This document shows positions 1-14,084 of a stretch of DNA of 64,000 bases, one piece after another. Source of the DNA: Callorhinchus milii (Eukaryota). The position numbers were made by a program, and so were the translations under genes. The stretch is from the NCBI RefSeq assembly GCF_018977255.1, contig NW_024704742.1, positions 71,178,001-71,242,000 on the forward strand, written 5' to 3'. Every line of letters begins with the position of its first letter. The first letter of the stretch is position 1. The notes beneath the pieces are model-generated. The model ran no database searches and was not told where the DNA came from. It saw only the letters and a program-made list of their open reading frames with translations.

Positions 1-419
1 TTGCTCTTATCAAGCCAGTGATTCAAGCCCATTTATTCTCACTAATGTAAGTTTTACAGACAGTCAAGAACTAACACTGGGTTTAAGCCAAGTACCTCCC
101 CATCCCCTTCCTCTCCATCTCTCCCTTTAGAGTATCTTCTCTTCAGTTTATAAACCCCCTTTATTTTCCAGTTAGTTTTTGCGAAGGGGGTGGGGGAGAG
201 ATGTGCTTTAAGGTTAAAGATCCACCATGTTATTGTTAAAATGAGAATGGAGTTTCTCCCGGTGTCCTGACCAACACTCCTCCTTCCTTCCCCTTCCCCA
301 CCTCTGCCCACCCCTCCCAGACTAATTGCTCATTCACTTTGCAGCCAAATTATGACTCAGTCAACAGGTTGTGGGTTCAAAGCCCACGTTAGGCCTTTGA
401 GCTCACAGTCCTGGCTGAT

Positions 420-1150
420 TACATTCTCAACCTCCCCGGCCTATCCCTCAGACTTACCGAACCAGTGTGCAACCTTAGCATCAGGGTCAACCCACAGCTG
501 TCCTTCCTTCCCCACATCCGGTCACTGACCAGGAACACCTTCCTCTACCTCCGCCACATTGCCCAACCTTCAACCATACCTTACCCCAGATGCAGCCGAA
601 ATATGCTTTTGTTACCTCCTGACTCGACTTTTCAAATGCCCTCTTTGCCGGTCTCCCCATCTCCACCATGCACAGGATCCAACTGATCCAAAACTCCACC
701 GCCCACCCATACTAAACTCTGTACCCCCATAACACCAGTTCTAGCCAGCCTCCACTGGCTCCCTGTTGCCGAATGGATCAATTTCAAGATCCTCACACTT
801 AAATGCCTTCATGCTTTGCCATCTCCCGACCTCTCCAACCTGCTCAGCACCCAACCCACAACCTGTTGCCTCTACTTGACTGGTTCCAGCCTTCTGCGTG
901 TCCCTCATGCCCTCCTTTCCACCACTGGTGACCGAGCTTTTAAGCACTATGCCCCGAAATCTGGGAACACTCTTCCTCTATCCCTCTGCCTTGACCTTTC
1001 TTTCCCCATCTTCAGATCATGCCTAAAGACCTTCTTATTCGACCATGCCTACGGTCATCCCCTCCTCCCTTCGGCTTGGCGTCGTGCTCCGTCATTGTCA
1101 AGTGCTCTGAGACACTACCCTCCATGAGGGGCGCTATATAAGTTTTGTTG
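420..1150 (+). mobile_element. L2 LINE 3' fragment
   Basis: Decayed ORF2 end (PQLSFLPHIRS, GDRAF, LKTFLFD) plus a ggcgctatata/(ttg)n tail. Confidence 0.85.
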
Positions 1151-1546
1151 TTGTTCATGCTCCAGTGCAGTGCTGGGGGGAGAGTATGCTGCATTGTCAG
1201 AGGTGCAAGCCTTCGGATGAAACGTTAAACCGAGGTCCTATCTGCTGTGGCACTTTTCAAAAAGCGAAGGTGGTTTCTCTTTGTTACAATCCCCCAGATA
1301 AAATTCATGGCTGTTTGTGAGACATTGTTGTACGCCAAATGGTTGTCGTGCTTGCCTACAAAATACACAGTCATTTTGCAATGAAATACTGTGAAGCACT
1401 TTGAGACATCTCGACGATAAGGCATGATAGCAAATACAAGGATTATGCTGCCTAGTTTTGCCCCACAAAATAAACAGTCAATTCACTTTACAGTATATTC
1501 TGTGAAGCGCTTTGAGATGTCTCGAAGACGTGATAAAGCGCTATAT

Positions 1547-2000
1547 CAGATGCTGGAGCCTACTGAGTGGAGGAAGTAGACAGGTTGATAAGGGGTTAGC
1601 AGATCAGAGAGGGAGGAAGGAGTAAGGCTGTGGAGGGCCTTGAAAGTGAGAACGATAATTTTGAACTCAATCCTTTGAGGGATGTGGAGCCAATGGAGCC
1701 TGGTGAGGGTGGGGATGATGGGGTCATGGAGCCTAGTGCAGGAGAAGACACAAGCTGCAGAGTTCTGGATGATCTGCAGTTTGTGGAGGGAAGAGTTGGG
1801 AAGGCCGACAAGCAGAGGGTTGGCATAGTCGAGCCTTGGTTGTAATGAAGGCATGTTTGAGGGTTTCGGCGGGCTAAGGGTTGAGGCAGTGGCAGAGTCG
1901 GGCGATTTTGCAGAGGTAGGGGATGGTAGAGTGGGTCATGGCATGTATATGTGGGAGAAAGGACAGTTGAGGGTCAAACAAGACACCTAAGTTCTTTGCC
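1547..2000 (-). mobile_element. L2 LINE fragment
   Basis: RLDYANPLLVGLP...LHWLHIPQRIEFKI. Confidence 0.88.
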
Positions 2001-3522
2001 TCACAAGTGAGAGGATCCGAGTTTGATTCCCAGGCGAAGCAAAACCTTAGGCAAGTTTTCTGGGGGTAATAATCCCTCCCCCCAAAAAATTTGGTCATTC
2101 AATTCATGACTGTTTGGGACCCACTGCTGTGCACAATTGGCTACCACGTTTTGTCCACAGTCAATACAGTCAATTCACTTTTTGTGAAATGCTTTGAGAT
2201 GTCTCGAAGATCTGATAAGGTGCTACATCAAATGCAAGGAATATTATTATTATTAGTCACTACAGGAACACGCTGCGAAGCATTACAAGACGTCTCGATC
2301 GGATCAGGTGCTGTATCGAATCCTTATTATTCTCTTTCGAGAAACCACCAGCCTCCCTCCCGTCCCCTCACCCCCTGCTATTTCTTCCTGTGTAACAGCA
2401 ATATTAGATTTCCTTGAATTAGACAGGACTCAGTCTCATGTGACCATGGCTGAGAGGAGAGGATTTGCAAGCAGTCACACGCCTGGGGGGGGGGGGGGGC
2501 ACGGAATTTGATTTACGTTCCCATGGAGACAGCCGGCTCCATCAATCAGCTGTGAGGACGAACACTGAGCGGTGGAGACTCCGAGGTGGGACATGGTGGT
2601 GGGGGGGGGGGGGAGTAATCGAAGTGGGGGTTCACCATCAGCCTAGCTCAGGCTTCGTGCTCTCGACTCTGGGTCAGAAGGTCACAGATTCAAACTCCCC
2701 CTCACAAAGTCAGGAGAGTTGCAGTTGTAGGCTGGTGGTCCAGCGCAGGGCTGGTGTGGGTGGAGGGGGGGGGAAGAGCGGAGGGGAAGAGTCGGAGACA
2801 CTGCATTGTGGGGGGTGTATTTTCAGAGGCGCCGTCTTTCAGATGAGAACGAGGTCCCATTTTTGCCTGTTTAATGATCATGCGGTGCTATTGGAAAAGA
2901 GGAAGGAGTTTCTCTAGCCAACAATCCCCCTCAAGCCCCCCCAGATAAAAATTAGTTACTCACTCCATAGCTGCCCCTGGAGATCTTTCATTGCTGCGTT
3001 TGCCTGCAAAACACACAGTCACTACATTTGACAGCAATTCTCAGTGAAGCTGGGTGAAGCGCTCTCGGATGCTACCCTGTGGGAGGGGCACTATATAAAT
3101 GCAAGTTGTTGTTGAAGCACTTTGAGTCCTTATAGGCGCTGGAGCAATATTATTAATGTGTGTGTCTCAGAAGTGCCCATGTTCCCCTCCCTGCCCCATC
3201 CCCCCAATCGGGCTGGGCTCAGACCAAGTTGTAATGAAAGCCCCCACGGCTTTCCTCGTGCTCCGACACTCAAGAGTGACTTTCCTGTTTAAGTTCTGAC
3301 ACTGCAGCTGTTGAGTAAGTGAGAAACAGCTTGACTGAAGATCTTTACTGATGGAGCGATTGGGTTACTGATCAGCCTGGCTAACTCACCCGCTCGCTCG
3401 CGCTCTTGCCTCGAGTCAAGTCGTAGCTCATGCTCCAGCTCAGTGCTGAGGGAGCACCGCATTGTCAGAGGTGCAGTCCTTCGCATGAGATGGAGTTCAG
3501 GAGGGTCAATTATAAGATTGTA

Positions 3523-3818
3523 GAATCCTGTAGCGTAGTGGTGAGCGCAATCGCCTCGTAAGCGAGAGGACCCAGGTTCGAATCCTGGGTGGGGTGAAAT
3601 CTTAGGCAAATTTCCTTACACCACATGCCTCTGTTTACCTAGCAGTAAGTAGGAACTGGTTGTTAGTCGATTGATGGGACACTGCTGTGCGCAATTGGCT
3701 GCTGCGTTTTACCCACAAAATATACAATCATCCACTTTACAATATATTGTGTGAAGTGCTTTGAGACGTCTCAACAATCTGATAAGGCTTTATATCAAAT
3801 GCAAGGATTATTATTATT
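3523..3818 (+). mobile_element. tRNA-derived SINE, family A
   Basis: A box (tagcgtagtgg), B box (ggttcgaatcc), body ending gctgtgcgcaattggctgc, L2-like tail, (tta)n. Confidence 0.88.
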
Positions 3819-6800
3819 AAATAACGTCTCTTCCGAAGGACGGCACCTCTGACAATTCAGTGCTCCCCCGCCCCCCAGTACTGCACAGAAGAGTCAGCCC
3901 TAGACTGTGAGCTCAAAGTCCTTGATGTGGGGCTTGAACCCACAACCTTCTGACTCAGAGATGAGAGAGAGCTACTGACTGAGCAAGGCTGTGCGGCTAA
4001 ACATTTGCTCAAGACTAATTACCTGATCTCTTCGTACCTGGTATCCCTCCCACTCCTTCAATCCCTCATTCCCTCCATCCACCTCCCTCTCAGATGCTAT
4101 TTCTGTCAGCTAGCCAGCCAGCACTGGGAGAGAGATATCAGAGCTCTGTCATTCACTCACTGAGTTCCTTTACATTTATAATGAAGAGATGAAGATCTTA
4201 AATCCCCGAGGATTGCGATTCAAGCGCAGTGACTTTCATCTTTTACTGGGGCTGTTGGTCTGTGAGGGCAGGGCCACTGGGTTTGACAGACTGCAGTGCA
4301 CATACCCCTTTGACAGAGGGGTATAAAACACACCATTAAAGCTATCAGTGAAGCTGAGGTATCGTTGCCCCATTGTTTTCATTGGAATGAGGTGGAAAGT
4401 GTCTGTTTGGGTGTTGAAAGAGGAGGTTGATGTCTGACTGTTTTTACTGACGTTCCGCAGCGCAAGTTAAAGGAACGTTATTCAGAGCTGATCTTATTTC
4501 TCGTTACAAGATACGATGTTCAAGGTCAGCCACAGGACAGTTAGAGACAGAGTAAAGCGCCCTCTACATGTCCGTCCACACTTCCTGGTCGGTAACAGCA
4601 CGGGTCAGAGACAGAGTATAGGTCCCTCTATAGTTCCATTCCCAGTTTGGATGCCAAGCCAACCATTTGAGACATTCTCCTGATCCGAGTGTTGCTGTAT
4701 AAATATATATTGTCTCTTGTGTGTGAGGAGGGGATAGCGCTTGCAATCCGAGGCTTGGCTGGCCACACGATGGAGACTAATGGGTGATTAACGGAGCAGA
4801 CTGCACTGAACTGAGGATGTCTCACTCAAAGGCTCGGAGTGAGCGTGATGCCGCAAAACACCACAGATACAGAGAATAATAATAATAATAATCCTTGCAT
4901 TTGATATAGCGCCTTATCATGTCTTCTAGCAGGCTCAAAGCGCTTCACAGAATATACTGTAAAGTGAATTGACTGTATATTTTATGGGTGAAATGTCTCA
5001 TCTGAATGACGGCGCCTCCGACAATGCAACATCCCCCAGCATTCCATTGAGCGTTAGCTTAGACTATGTGATTCCAAGTACCGACGTGGGGCTTGAACCC
5101 ACAACCTTCTGAATCAGAGGCGAGAGAGAGTTACCACTGAGACAGGCTGATACACTTTCTGAATCAAAGGCAAAAGTGCTAGCGACAGAGCCAGTTGCGA
5201 ATCTCAGCATTAGTGCTACAGGTCATAAACCTGAAGAGGCACCAATCATAGATTGGTTTAACGTCTCATCTGAAAGACACCATCTCTGAAAATGCAGCGC
5301 TCTCTCCAGCACTGACTGAGCCAAGGTGACACATCTTCTGAATCAGAGGCAAGAGTGCCAGCAACAGAGCCAGGCTGACCCCATTATACAGAGAGTCTCA
5401 CTATCAGTGTCCAGTCCGTGCATTAAATTGACCTTCCAGTACAGGGGAGAAAAAAATGCATTATTAGAGATGCCAGCCTTCAGCTGAGATGTTAAAGTGA
5501 GGCCCCTCTGTGTTTGTTTAGGCGACATGAAAGATATTGTGGCATTACTCAAAAAGTGAAGAGAATCTCTCCCAGTGTCCTGGTCAGATAAAATCAGTCA
5601 CTCACTGCATGGCTGTTTGTGGGACATTGCTGTGTGTAAATTGCCTGCCGCGAACACCGGCAAGTGACACAGTCATTATCATTATTATCTAACAGTGTAT
5701 CTATAATAATCCTTGCAATTGATATCACGCTTTATCATGTTGTCTGAATCTCTCAAATCTCACAGTTATTTGCTGTCAAAGTGTAGTGATGACCATTTGC
5801 CGACAAACACAACACAGAAATGGCCTGTAAACAGCTGTGAGGTGAATGAACAAGTTTACTTGGGGGATTGTTGGTCGAGACACCAGGAGAGAGAAACTCC
5901 CTTGTCTTTTCCAATAATGCTGTGAGATCAAGAACGTTCACAGGGACCTTGGTTCTACAGTCTCAACTCATTTGAAGGTGGGCAACAGCGCAGTGCTATC
6001 CCTCTTCCCCACAAATAATAATCCTTGCACTTGATACAGTGGTTTTCATATAGGGAGGATGCCTCAAAGCGGATTACAGATTTTACTGTAAAGTGTAGTG
6101 AATCTGGCACCCAAATTACACATAGCAATGTAACACAAACAGGCATAAAGTGACTAACCAAATTTATCTAGGGGATTCTCAATCAGGACACCTGGAGAGA
6201 GTAACTCCCTTCTTTTTTCCAATAGTGCTGCAGGATCTTTAACATCCCCTGAACAGGCATTGTTTTAAGGTATGAACTAAGGAACAGCACCTCCGATAAT
6301 GTAGCACTCCCACCAGCATTGTGCTGGAGTCAGTTTAGACTGCATGAGCTTGTGGTGGCCTGAACCCACAAATTTCTGACTGAAGGAGCGTGAGCGCTGC
6401 CAATTGAGCAAGGCTAACTTTAGGGGAGATATGGGGAGGAGAGAAAATGAGAGAAAGAGAAGATTGAAGAGAAGAAATGAAGAAAAACAGCATCTTGAAT
6501 CCACGAATAAAGGGGAAATCCTTGCCTTCAATCCCCATCTGTTGACATGCTAGAAAGGAGTTAAATCTTTCAGTGGACACAATGATGGATGTGCTCAGGC
6601 CCTTTTGATCAACCCCTTTGATGCCCTAATGAAGACAATAAGACAGACAGCACTTAAGATAAAGAGAGAGACCAGATACATTGGACTTTAATTTGACACC
6701 ATCTGACCTCAGATAAGTGGCTTGGGTTTTCCAATAAAAAAAGATCCTTATAAACAGGCAATTAGAATCCAATGAATTGTCAGTAAACGGACAGAGATAT

Positions 6801-7994
6801 CAAATGAGGGGATTATGGAGGATAAGTGAACTGTTTGCCCAGAACAGACTGGCTTTCAATTCTACTGAACATTTACAATCTAAAAGGTTATAAAAGGGAA
6901 AGAACAAGGAATTTGGGATTACAGTGGGATGTGAGCACCAGCATGCACAAGATGGAGAAAGAGCAGGAAACTGGATGAGTAGAGGGTTCCAGTGGGGGAG
7001 CGAGCATCAGCACAGACACGATAAGGAGAGAGCAGGTGAATGAGATTAGAGTGGAAAGCTCATAGGGGGAATGAGCATCAGCACAGACATGATTGAGGAA
7101 TGAGATTAGAGCAATAAATAACGATTATAATCCCCGGATTTGTTAGAGGGCCTTTCACATCAGGAAGATGTCGCAAAGCGCTTCACAGGATATACTGTAA
7201 AGTGTAGTGACTGTGTATTTATGTTTGAACATAACAGCAAATTTGTGCACAACAACGTTCCACAAACAGCCAAGTGACCAGTTTTATTTGGCTGATTGTT
7301 GGCCAGGACACCGGGAGAGAAACTACTTTTTTTTCGAATAGGCCATGGGATCTTTAACATGCACCTGAACAGGCAGAAGGGACTTTGATTTAATGTCTCA
7401 TCTGGAGGATGGCACCTCTGACAACAGCACACAACCCCAGCACTGCTCCTGACGTGGCGTTTAAAGCCACAACCTTTTGACTCAGAGGCGAATAGATAGG
7501 GAGAGCAAAATGATGACCATTTCTGATAGTTAAAAAAAGTCCCAATTTTTGCCCTATTTTCTGGAAGTCTAAGGTGTCTCCTAGCGTTTGAGCTTTCACA
7601 GTGGTCCTCTAGCAGCTCCATTCAACAACAACAGAATTACATTTATAGAGCGCCTTTTATGTTGGAAGATAATCCCAAGACACTGGACAGTTAACAGTTT
7701 GCACCTGAGCTGGGGGTTGGAATCAAGAGGCATGGAGGGTAGAAGCGTGAGGGTGGCCGAAAGCATAATTAAACAGTGAAGTCTTGAGATGGTCTTGAAG
7801 GAGGCAAGCGAAGCAGGCATTCCCTTCGTTAATCACCCAGCGCTGGTACACTGACACTTTTACGCTGCTCAGTTGGTGTGGATTTGATTCATGTTCCGCA
7901 TCAAATTAGTGCTAAAAGTCTGGTGTGAATGTGAATGGCATTAATCTGCAGAACACCTCCAGAACCCACCCACAAGAGAGTAGCTTGGAGCAGA

Positions 7995-8960
7995 CTGGGA
8001 GTCCCAGCTGGGGGAGGAGAAGATTTGGGTGTTATCCGCCTGCATGTGGAAGTTGACCCCATGTCTGCGGATGACATCGCAGAGAGGGAGCATGTAGATA
8101 AGGAAAAAAGGGGGGCCAAAGATGGAGCCTGGGGTACCCCACAGGTGACCAGGTGGGGACAGGAGGAATAACCATTTGCCGAGATGTATTGTTGATCATT
8201 TGTTAAGTAGGACTTGAACCATGCGAGTGTGGTCCCACTGAGGTGGATGAGGGAGAAGAGGCGGTAGAGGAGAATGGCATGATCGACAGTGTCAACGCAG
8301 TGGAGACGTCCAGGAGAATGGGGTGGCAGAGGGAACCCTGGTTGCAGAAAGAGAGAAGACGTCATTTGTTACTTTGACGAATGCTGTCTCTGTGCTGTGG
8401 GCAGGGCAGCCAAGGTATATTATTTATCTTAGCGACAAAGAAATCCAGGACCTATTCGTACTTGGCATCTGAAGGGAGGATCGAGAGTGCTTGAGAGGGG
8501 ATTTGAAAGAAGTCGTGGGTAGTAGAGAACATGATTCTGGGGTTGTTTTTGGCCTCGAAAATAATCTGTGAGTAGAAGGCAGTTTGGGTTTGAGAGAGGG
8601 AGTGGCAATAGGTGTGAAGATGCTCGAGCCACAGTTGGCAATGAACCGTGAGGCCAGTTTTGTGCCATCTGCGCTCGAGCAACCGGGTTTGGGATTTGAA
8701 GGTGGGGAGATGACTGTTATACCTGGGGGAGCGGGTAGGCTTGGAGATGCACCTGGTTTCAGGGGGACCACGAAATTGAAAGTTGAGGCGAGGTGTTCCT
8801 TTTGTAGATTGACGTCTGTCTGGATCACTCTGGGTTGAAGGCCAGAGGGAGAGAAGGCCTGAGGATGAGAGGCCATTTGTGAGGAATTTAGGTGGGGGCG
8901 CAGGGGGAAAGTTTTTTCCATGGGTGGAAAAAGATGGTGGAGGACTTGGAGGAGGGGAGG
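7995..8960 (-). mobile_element. L2 LINE ORF2 fragments (RT region)
   Basis: [16 protein letters not shown] and GVPQ motifs; upstream AKNNPR-type region. Confidence 0.85.
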
Positions 8961-9519
8961 GTGATATGAGAGGAGAGGGAGATAAGGAAGTGGTCTGAGA
9001 CTGAACAATCCCAGTCTCTCTAGTGTCTACACATAATTGAAGTCCAATAACTTAATAACAACAACAAATTACATTTGGAGAGCCCCTTTCATGTCAGGAG
9101 AACATCCCAAAGTGTTGAACAATCAGGATTTGCACCTGAGCTGGGGTATATTAAATTATAACAATAATCTCTGCATTTGATCCACATTCACACAATCCAT
9201 TCCCTGGCACCTCCTTATCTCTTCAATCTCTTCCAACCCCACTCCTCCGCTCGGCTAACTCAGCGCTTACGATGTGTCCCCTCCCCTGACTGCATCACCA
9301 TCAGTGACTGAGCATTCAGCCACTAAACCCCTCACCTCTGGAACTCCCTCATTCTATCCTCCATCTTACCCCCCTCCACTTAACTTTAAATCCCACGTTA
9401 AAACCTACCTCAACTGCACCTATAGTCACCTCCCACTCATCTCCTCTCCCTATCCGCACCCCTGAAAATGCTCTGAGGTATTGCCCTGCAATATTATTGA
9501 TATAGCGCCATTAATATCA

Positions 9520-9810
9520 CCACTGGTTGAGGAGTCAGTAACTAGGGGACCCAAATATAAGATAGCGACTAGGGGATCTGAAAGAGAATTTAGGAGGAAC
9601 TACTTCATGCTGAGGGTGGTGAGATTGTGGAACTCATTGTCTGAAGCGGTGGTTGATTCAAATAATGTAGATACATTCAAGCTTGACCTTCACATGAAGG
9701 AGAAGGAAATAGAGAGTATGGGAGAGAGTAAGTAAGTGTAAGGGAGTATAAACCCCAGCACAGACTGGTTGGGCAGAGTGGCCTATTTCTGTGCTATACA
9801 TTATGTGTAA
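9520..9810 (+). mobile_element. CR1 LINE 3' end
   Basis: TRGPKYK...RRNYFMLRVVRLWNSL...FKL.LD plus CR1-type 3' UTR. Confidence 0.85.
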
Positions 9811-10649
9811 ATCTAGGGAAAAACTGAGTACGTACAGAAAAGGGAAACATTGAACACGAGCTGTTACATGTTCACTGTAAAAAAAATCTTCAGTAAAGCA
9901 CCCTTCCCTCTTCCGTCCCCTGTAAATCTTCACCTGTTCATCTCCTCTTCCCCTCTGCTTCGCCCCACTCTGCCTCTTCCTTCCTCTCCCTATATGTGGA
10001 AAATTCTTAAAATCCAGGCCGAATTAGGAACATGGTTTCTGGCTCCCAAATTAACAAAGGATATTAACAATCGTCCACAATTCGGCAACAGTATGGTAGT
10101 GGTGGTGGTGGGGTTAATGAGATATTAACCTGAGATCCCGTCTGTGCCTGTTAAAAGATTAAAGATCCTGCAGCGCTATTGGAAAAGACAAGGAAGTGTC
10201 TCTCTCCCGGTGTCCTGGCCAACAATACCCCAGATAAGATCATTTGACTCACTTCATGACTGTTTGTGGGACGCTACTGTTCGCAAATTGGCTGCTGTGT
10301 TCGCCTATGAAATACAGTCACAGCAAATGCTGTGAAGCGCTTTGAGACATTTCAACAGCCTGATATTTCAAAATGCAAGGATTAATCATTGTTATCTTAC
10401 ATTTGAGGTCAAAATGGACTCACAGGCTGAGATAAGCTGGAATTTCAGGCCTCTGGTGTCACAATGTTGGGCCTCACTGTACAGAGCCATCCTGAGGGTT
10501 AATTACAGGCAAACGTAATTCATTCTAATGCTGTCATTAGCTTCAACTCTGCAGCCTTGGCTGAACCTGGTACAAGTGGGATCCCGACTGGGCCATTCAT
10601 CAGACCTGTTACTTTAAACACACAACAGCTGTTGCTTGCATTTCCCACT

Positions 10650-11420
10650 GCTACCTCCCTCTGTGTCTCTCTCTCTGACTCTGTGCGTCTCTCTGACTTT
10701 GTGTGTGTGTATGTGCATCTCTCTTTGTTACTCTACTCTGCGTGTGTTTGTGTCTCTTTGACTCTGTGTGTGTGTCTCCCTCTCTGACTCTGTGTGTGCA
10801 TGTGTGTGTGTCTCTCTCAGTGTATCTGTGTATTTGTGCGTCTCTCTGAATCTGACTGTATATGTGTGTATCTCTGTGTCTGTGTGTATCTCTCACTATT
10901 TCTGTATCTGTCTCTCTCTGACTGTGTGTGTGTGTGTCTCTCTGACTCACTGTGTGTTTCTCTATCTTTCTTGCTCTCTTTCGCTCTCACATACTATTTA
11001 TCTCATTTTCTTTCTCATTTCAGTCTGTCTCTCTTTTTCTCACTCAATCTCTGCCTCTATCTCAGTCTCTATGTATCTTTCCCTGTCTATGTGTTTCTGT
11101 CTTTAAGTGTGTGTATGTGTGTCTCGCTCTCTTTCTGTATCTTGGTCAGTCTATCGACTGTCTTCTCTTCACACAGATTCACACATTGTGTGATTCACAT
11201 ACACATATATGTATATCTCTATCTTTCTTTTTCTCTCTCTCTGTCTTTCACTTTTGATCAGCCCTTCTCGTCCTTCTTTCCTTTTAGTCTCTGTTTTTCA
11301 GTCTGTTTCTCTCTGTCTCTCTTTACTCAACTCCCTGTGGTTTTAAATCTCCTGCTTCTCTCTTACACACATTTTCTTTCTCTCTCTGCTTCTTTTTGAC
11401 TGTTTTTCTCATTTTTTCTC
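10650..11420. repeat. TG/TC low-complexity tract
   Basis: Degenerate dinucleotide repeats. Confidence 0.9.
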
Positions 11421-13308
11421 ACTCAGGTGGACGTTAAAGATCCCACGTTGCTGTTGCAAAAGAGAAGCGAGTTTCTCTGGACTCAACTTCCTCCGTTTCC
11501 CTCTCCGTCTTGTCCCCTCTCTTTCTGTCTTTAAGGCTTGTCTCAAATCCTACCCCTTGAAATGCGTCTATGGCCTATACCCCCATTGCCCCTTCTCCCC
11601 CCTCTCAATTACTCAGACCCAACACCATCCCTGTGAAGCGCTCAGAGATGCTACCTTATGTGAATGGCGCTGTATAAATGCAAGCTGCTGCTGTTGTTGT
11701 TGAGTTTCTCCCGGTGTCCTGGCCAAGTACTTCACCTTTTCGTTCACTTCACGGCTGATTGCAGGACCTTGCTGTGAGAAAAATGGCCGCCTTGTTCCTG
11801 AACGAAACACAGTCACTTCACTGAACAGCAATTCCCTGCGAAACTCTGTGAAACATTTTAACACTGTGTCAAATACAAAAAATATTTAATATATATGAGG
11901 CACCCGGCTCCCTAATTCTCTGCCTTCCTCTCCAGCCCCCATTCCTTCCCCCTCTTCCCCCATTGCTGGGGTGGCCATTTTGGTCCAAACTCCTGGGCTG
12001 TCCCTTTATGCACCTGGATGCACGGCCCTCCATAACCTTTTTTTGGGGGGAGGGTAGAAGGGAAAACAAAACAAAACTTGTTTTTCAAACTGCTTCATCA
12101 AACTAGATGACGTTTATTGAAGGGAAAGCATTCCTGACGTCCCCAGAGTTGACAAAGCCTCCCACAGGCCTCACTTATGGCACGCAGCTCCCTCATGTCT
12201 CGTGTTTCCGGATGTACATCTAATTGATTTGCAGAGAGTCTCCGAGCTTTGCTCTTAATATGTTTTAAACGTCATCGTGCAGTGGAGTGAGCGGGGGGGA
12301 AAGACTCTGATTTTAGTGCTTGGAGTTTCTCCCGCTCACTCAACAGAACCCACACCCAAGGGGCAGTCTCACAGTTATACGTGTGGAGGCAAGTGGAAAG
12401 GCTCTGGGATGTCACAGGCACGCCAGGCTCCAAATTCCACCTAGTCTCAGCCTGTGAGATTGTTTTGTCTTGAAGTTTAAGATAAAAGAGAATGATGGTC
12501 TTTGTATCTCACACGCAAACTTTCACCACGGCAGGACGTTTCAAAGCTCTTCACAGAACTCTGTGTTGACTGCATGTAAGGAATTATTCCGGAAAGCGAT
12601 CTGGGTTCTTACTTACTGCTAGCTAAACAGAGGATATGGAGTAAGGAAACTTTCCTAAGGTGTCGCCCCACCTGGGAATCGAACCCAGGTCCTCTCACTT
12701 GTGGGACTTCAATAGGGAGAAGAGGAGGGGCCATGGTAGGAAGCGACTGGGAGTAGTGTGGGGAGGGGGTAAGGTAACTGGGGGAAGGAGGTGGGGATTG
12801 CAGCCAGGAGGGAGGAGAGAGAAATTGGGGGTGGGGTAAGTGTTGGAAAGTTTTAGTGAGAGGACCTGGGTTCGATTCCCAGACGGGGCAAAATCTTAGG
12901 CAAGTTTCCTTACTCCACATGCCTGTTTACTAACAGTAAGTAGGAACCTGGTTGTTAGTCCAGAGTAAAGAGATGCAAGGCAAGCGAGAGAATCCTACTT
13001 AGAGCAGAATTTGTTGCGCAGCGTTGAAGAGTGATGATGTGGAGACTGCTACAGCCCATCCAGGGAGCTCAGCCTTTCCTAACACATGTTAATGCTTGCA
13101 GTGAGTTTGCTTGTATAAATTACACATGGTTAATGTCTGTGGCTGGAAGACAGCCAAATTAAATGCTTCATTCTTCAACGTGAATTTTAAATTAAAACCA
13201 GGTCCGCATCCCTCCCATTCCCATTCCCAATCCGAGGGCAAAGAAAACAACGGGGTTTGGATCGAGGCAAGAAACAATCTCTCCTTGCAGTGATGGAATC
13301 TGGAGGTC

Positions 13309-13440
13309 AGAGTGCCAGAGTCTCACTCTACACTGTCCATTCACACTCCCAGTTCAGCGACAGCATAGATTAGAGACAGAGTAAAGCTCCCTCTACACTG
13401 TTCGCCCACATTCCCAGGTCAGTGACAGCACGGGTTAGAG
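13309..13440 (+). repeat. ~65-bp chondrichthyan-type tandem repeat (second locus 4523-4640)
   Basis: Unit acagcacgggttagagacagagtaaagctccctctacactgt, about two copies at each locus. Confidence 0.7.
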
Positions 13441-14084
13441 CTGGGAGGAGGGAGGAGGTGACCATAAGCATGGCGAAGAGGAAGGTCTTCAGTCATGATT
13501 TGAAAGAGCGAAAGGAGGGGGCAAGATGGAGGGATTGGGTGAGAGAGTTCCAAAGCTAATAGAGTAATTGTAAATTAATAGAGTAATAATAACCTGATAG
13601 CTAATAATATTGCGATAGACATATAAAAGTGAAAGGGCAGAAGAGTGGGATTGAGCTGAGAGCTCTCATAAAGAGGCCACACAGCCATAATAGGCTTATT
13701 CTGTCCTGTAACATTTACACCAAGTTTAATAACTTGTGTGTCAGCCTGGCGCAGTGATAGTACTATCACCTCTGAGTCGGAAAGGTTCTGGGTTCAAGCC
13801 CCACATCGGGACTTGGAATCACATAGTCTAAGGTGACACTCCAATGCAGCACTGGACGGGATAGTGTTGAATAGTCGGAGGTGATGTCCTTCAGATGAAA
13901 CGTTAATCCAAGGTTCTGTCTGCCTGTTCAGGTGGATGTTAAAGATGCCATAGTACTGTTTCAAAAGAGAGGGGAGTTTCGTTCCCCCAGTTTCCTGGCA
14001 AACAAAATTCCAATTGACTCAGCATCCATAGCCTTTTGGGGCAGAGAGTTCCACATCTCCATAAGCCTTTGTGGAAAAATATGG

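Noticed and set aside
3523..3600. tRNA-like sequences here and in many other places
   Set aside because: They are SINE heads, followed by the SINE body and lacking an intact cloverleaf
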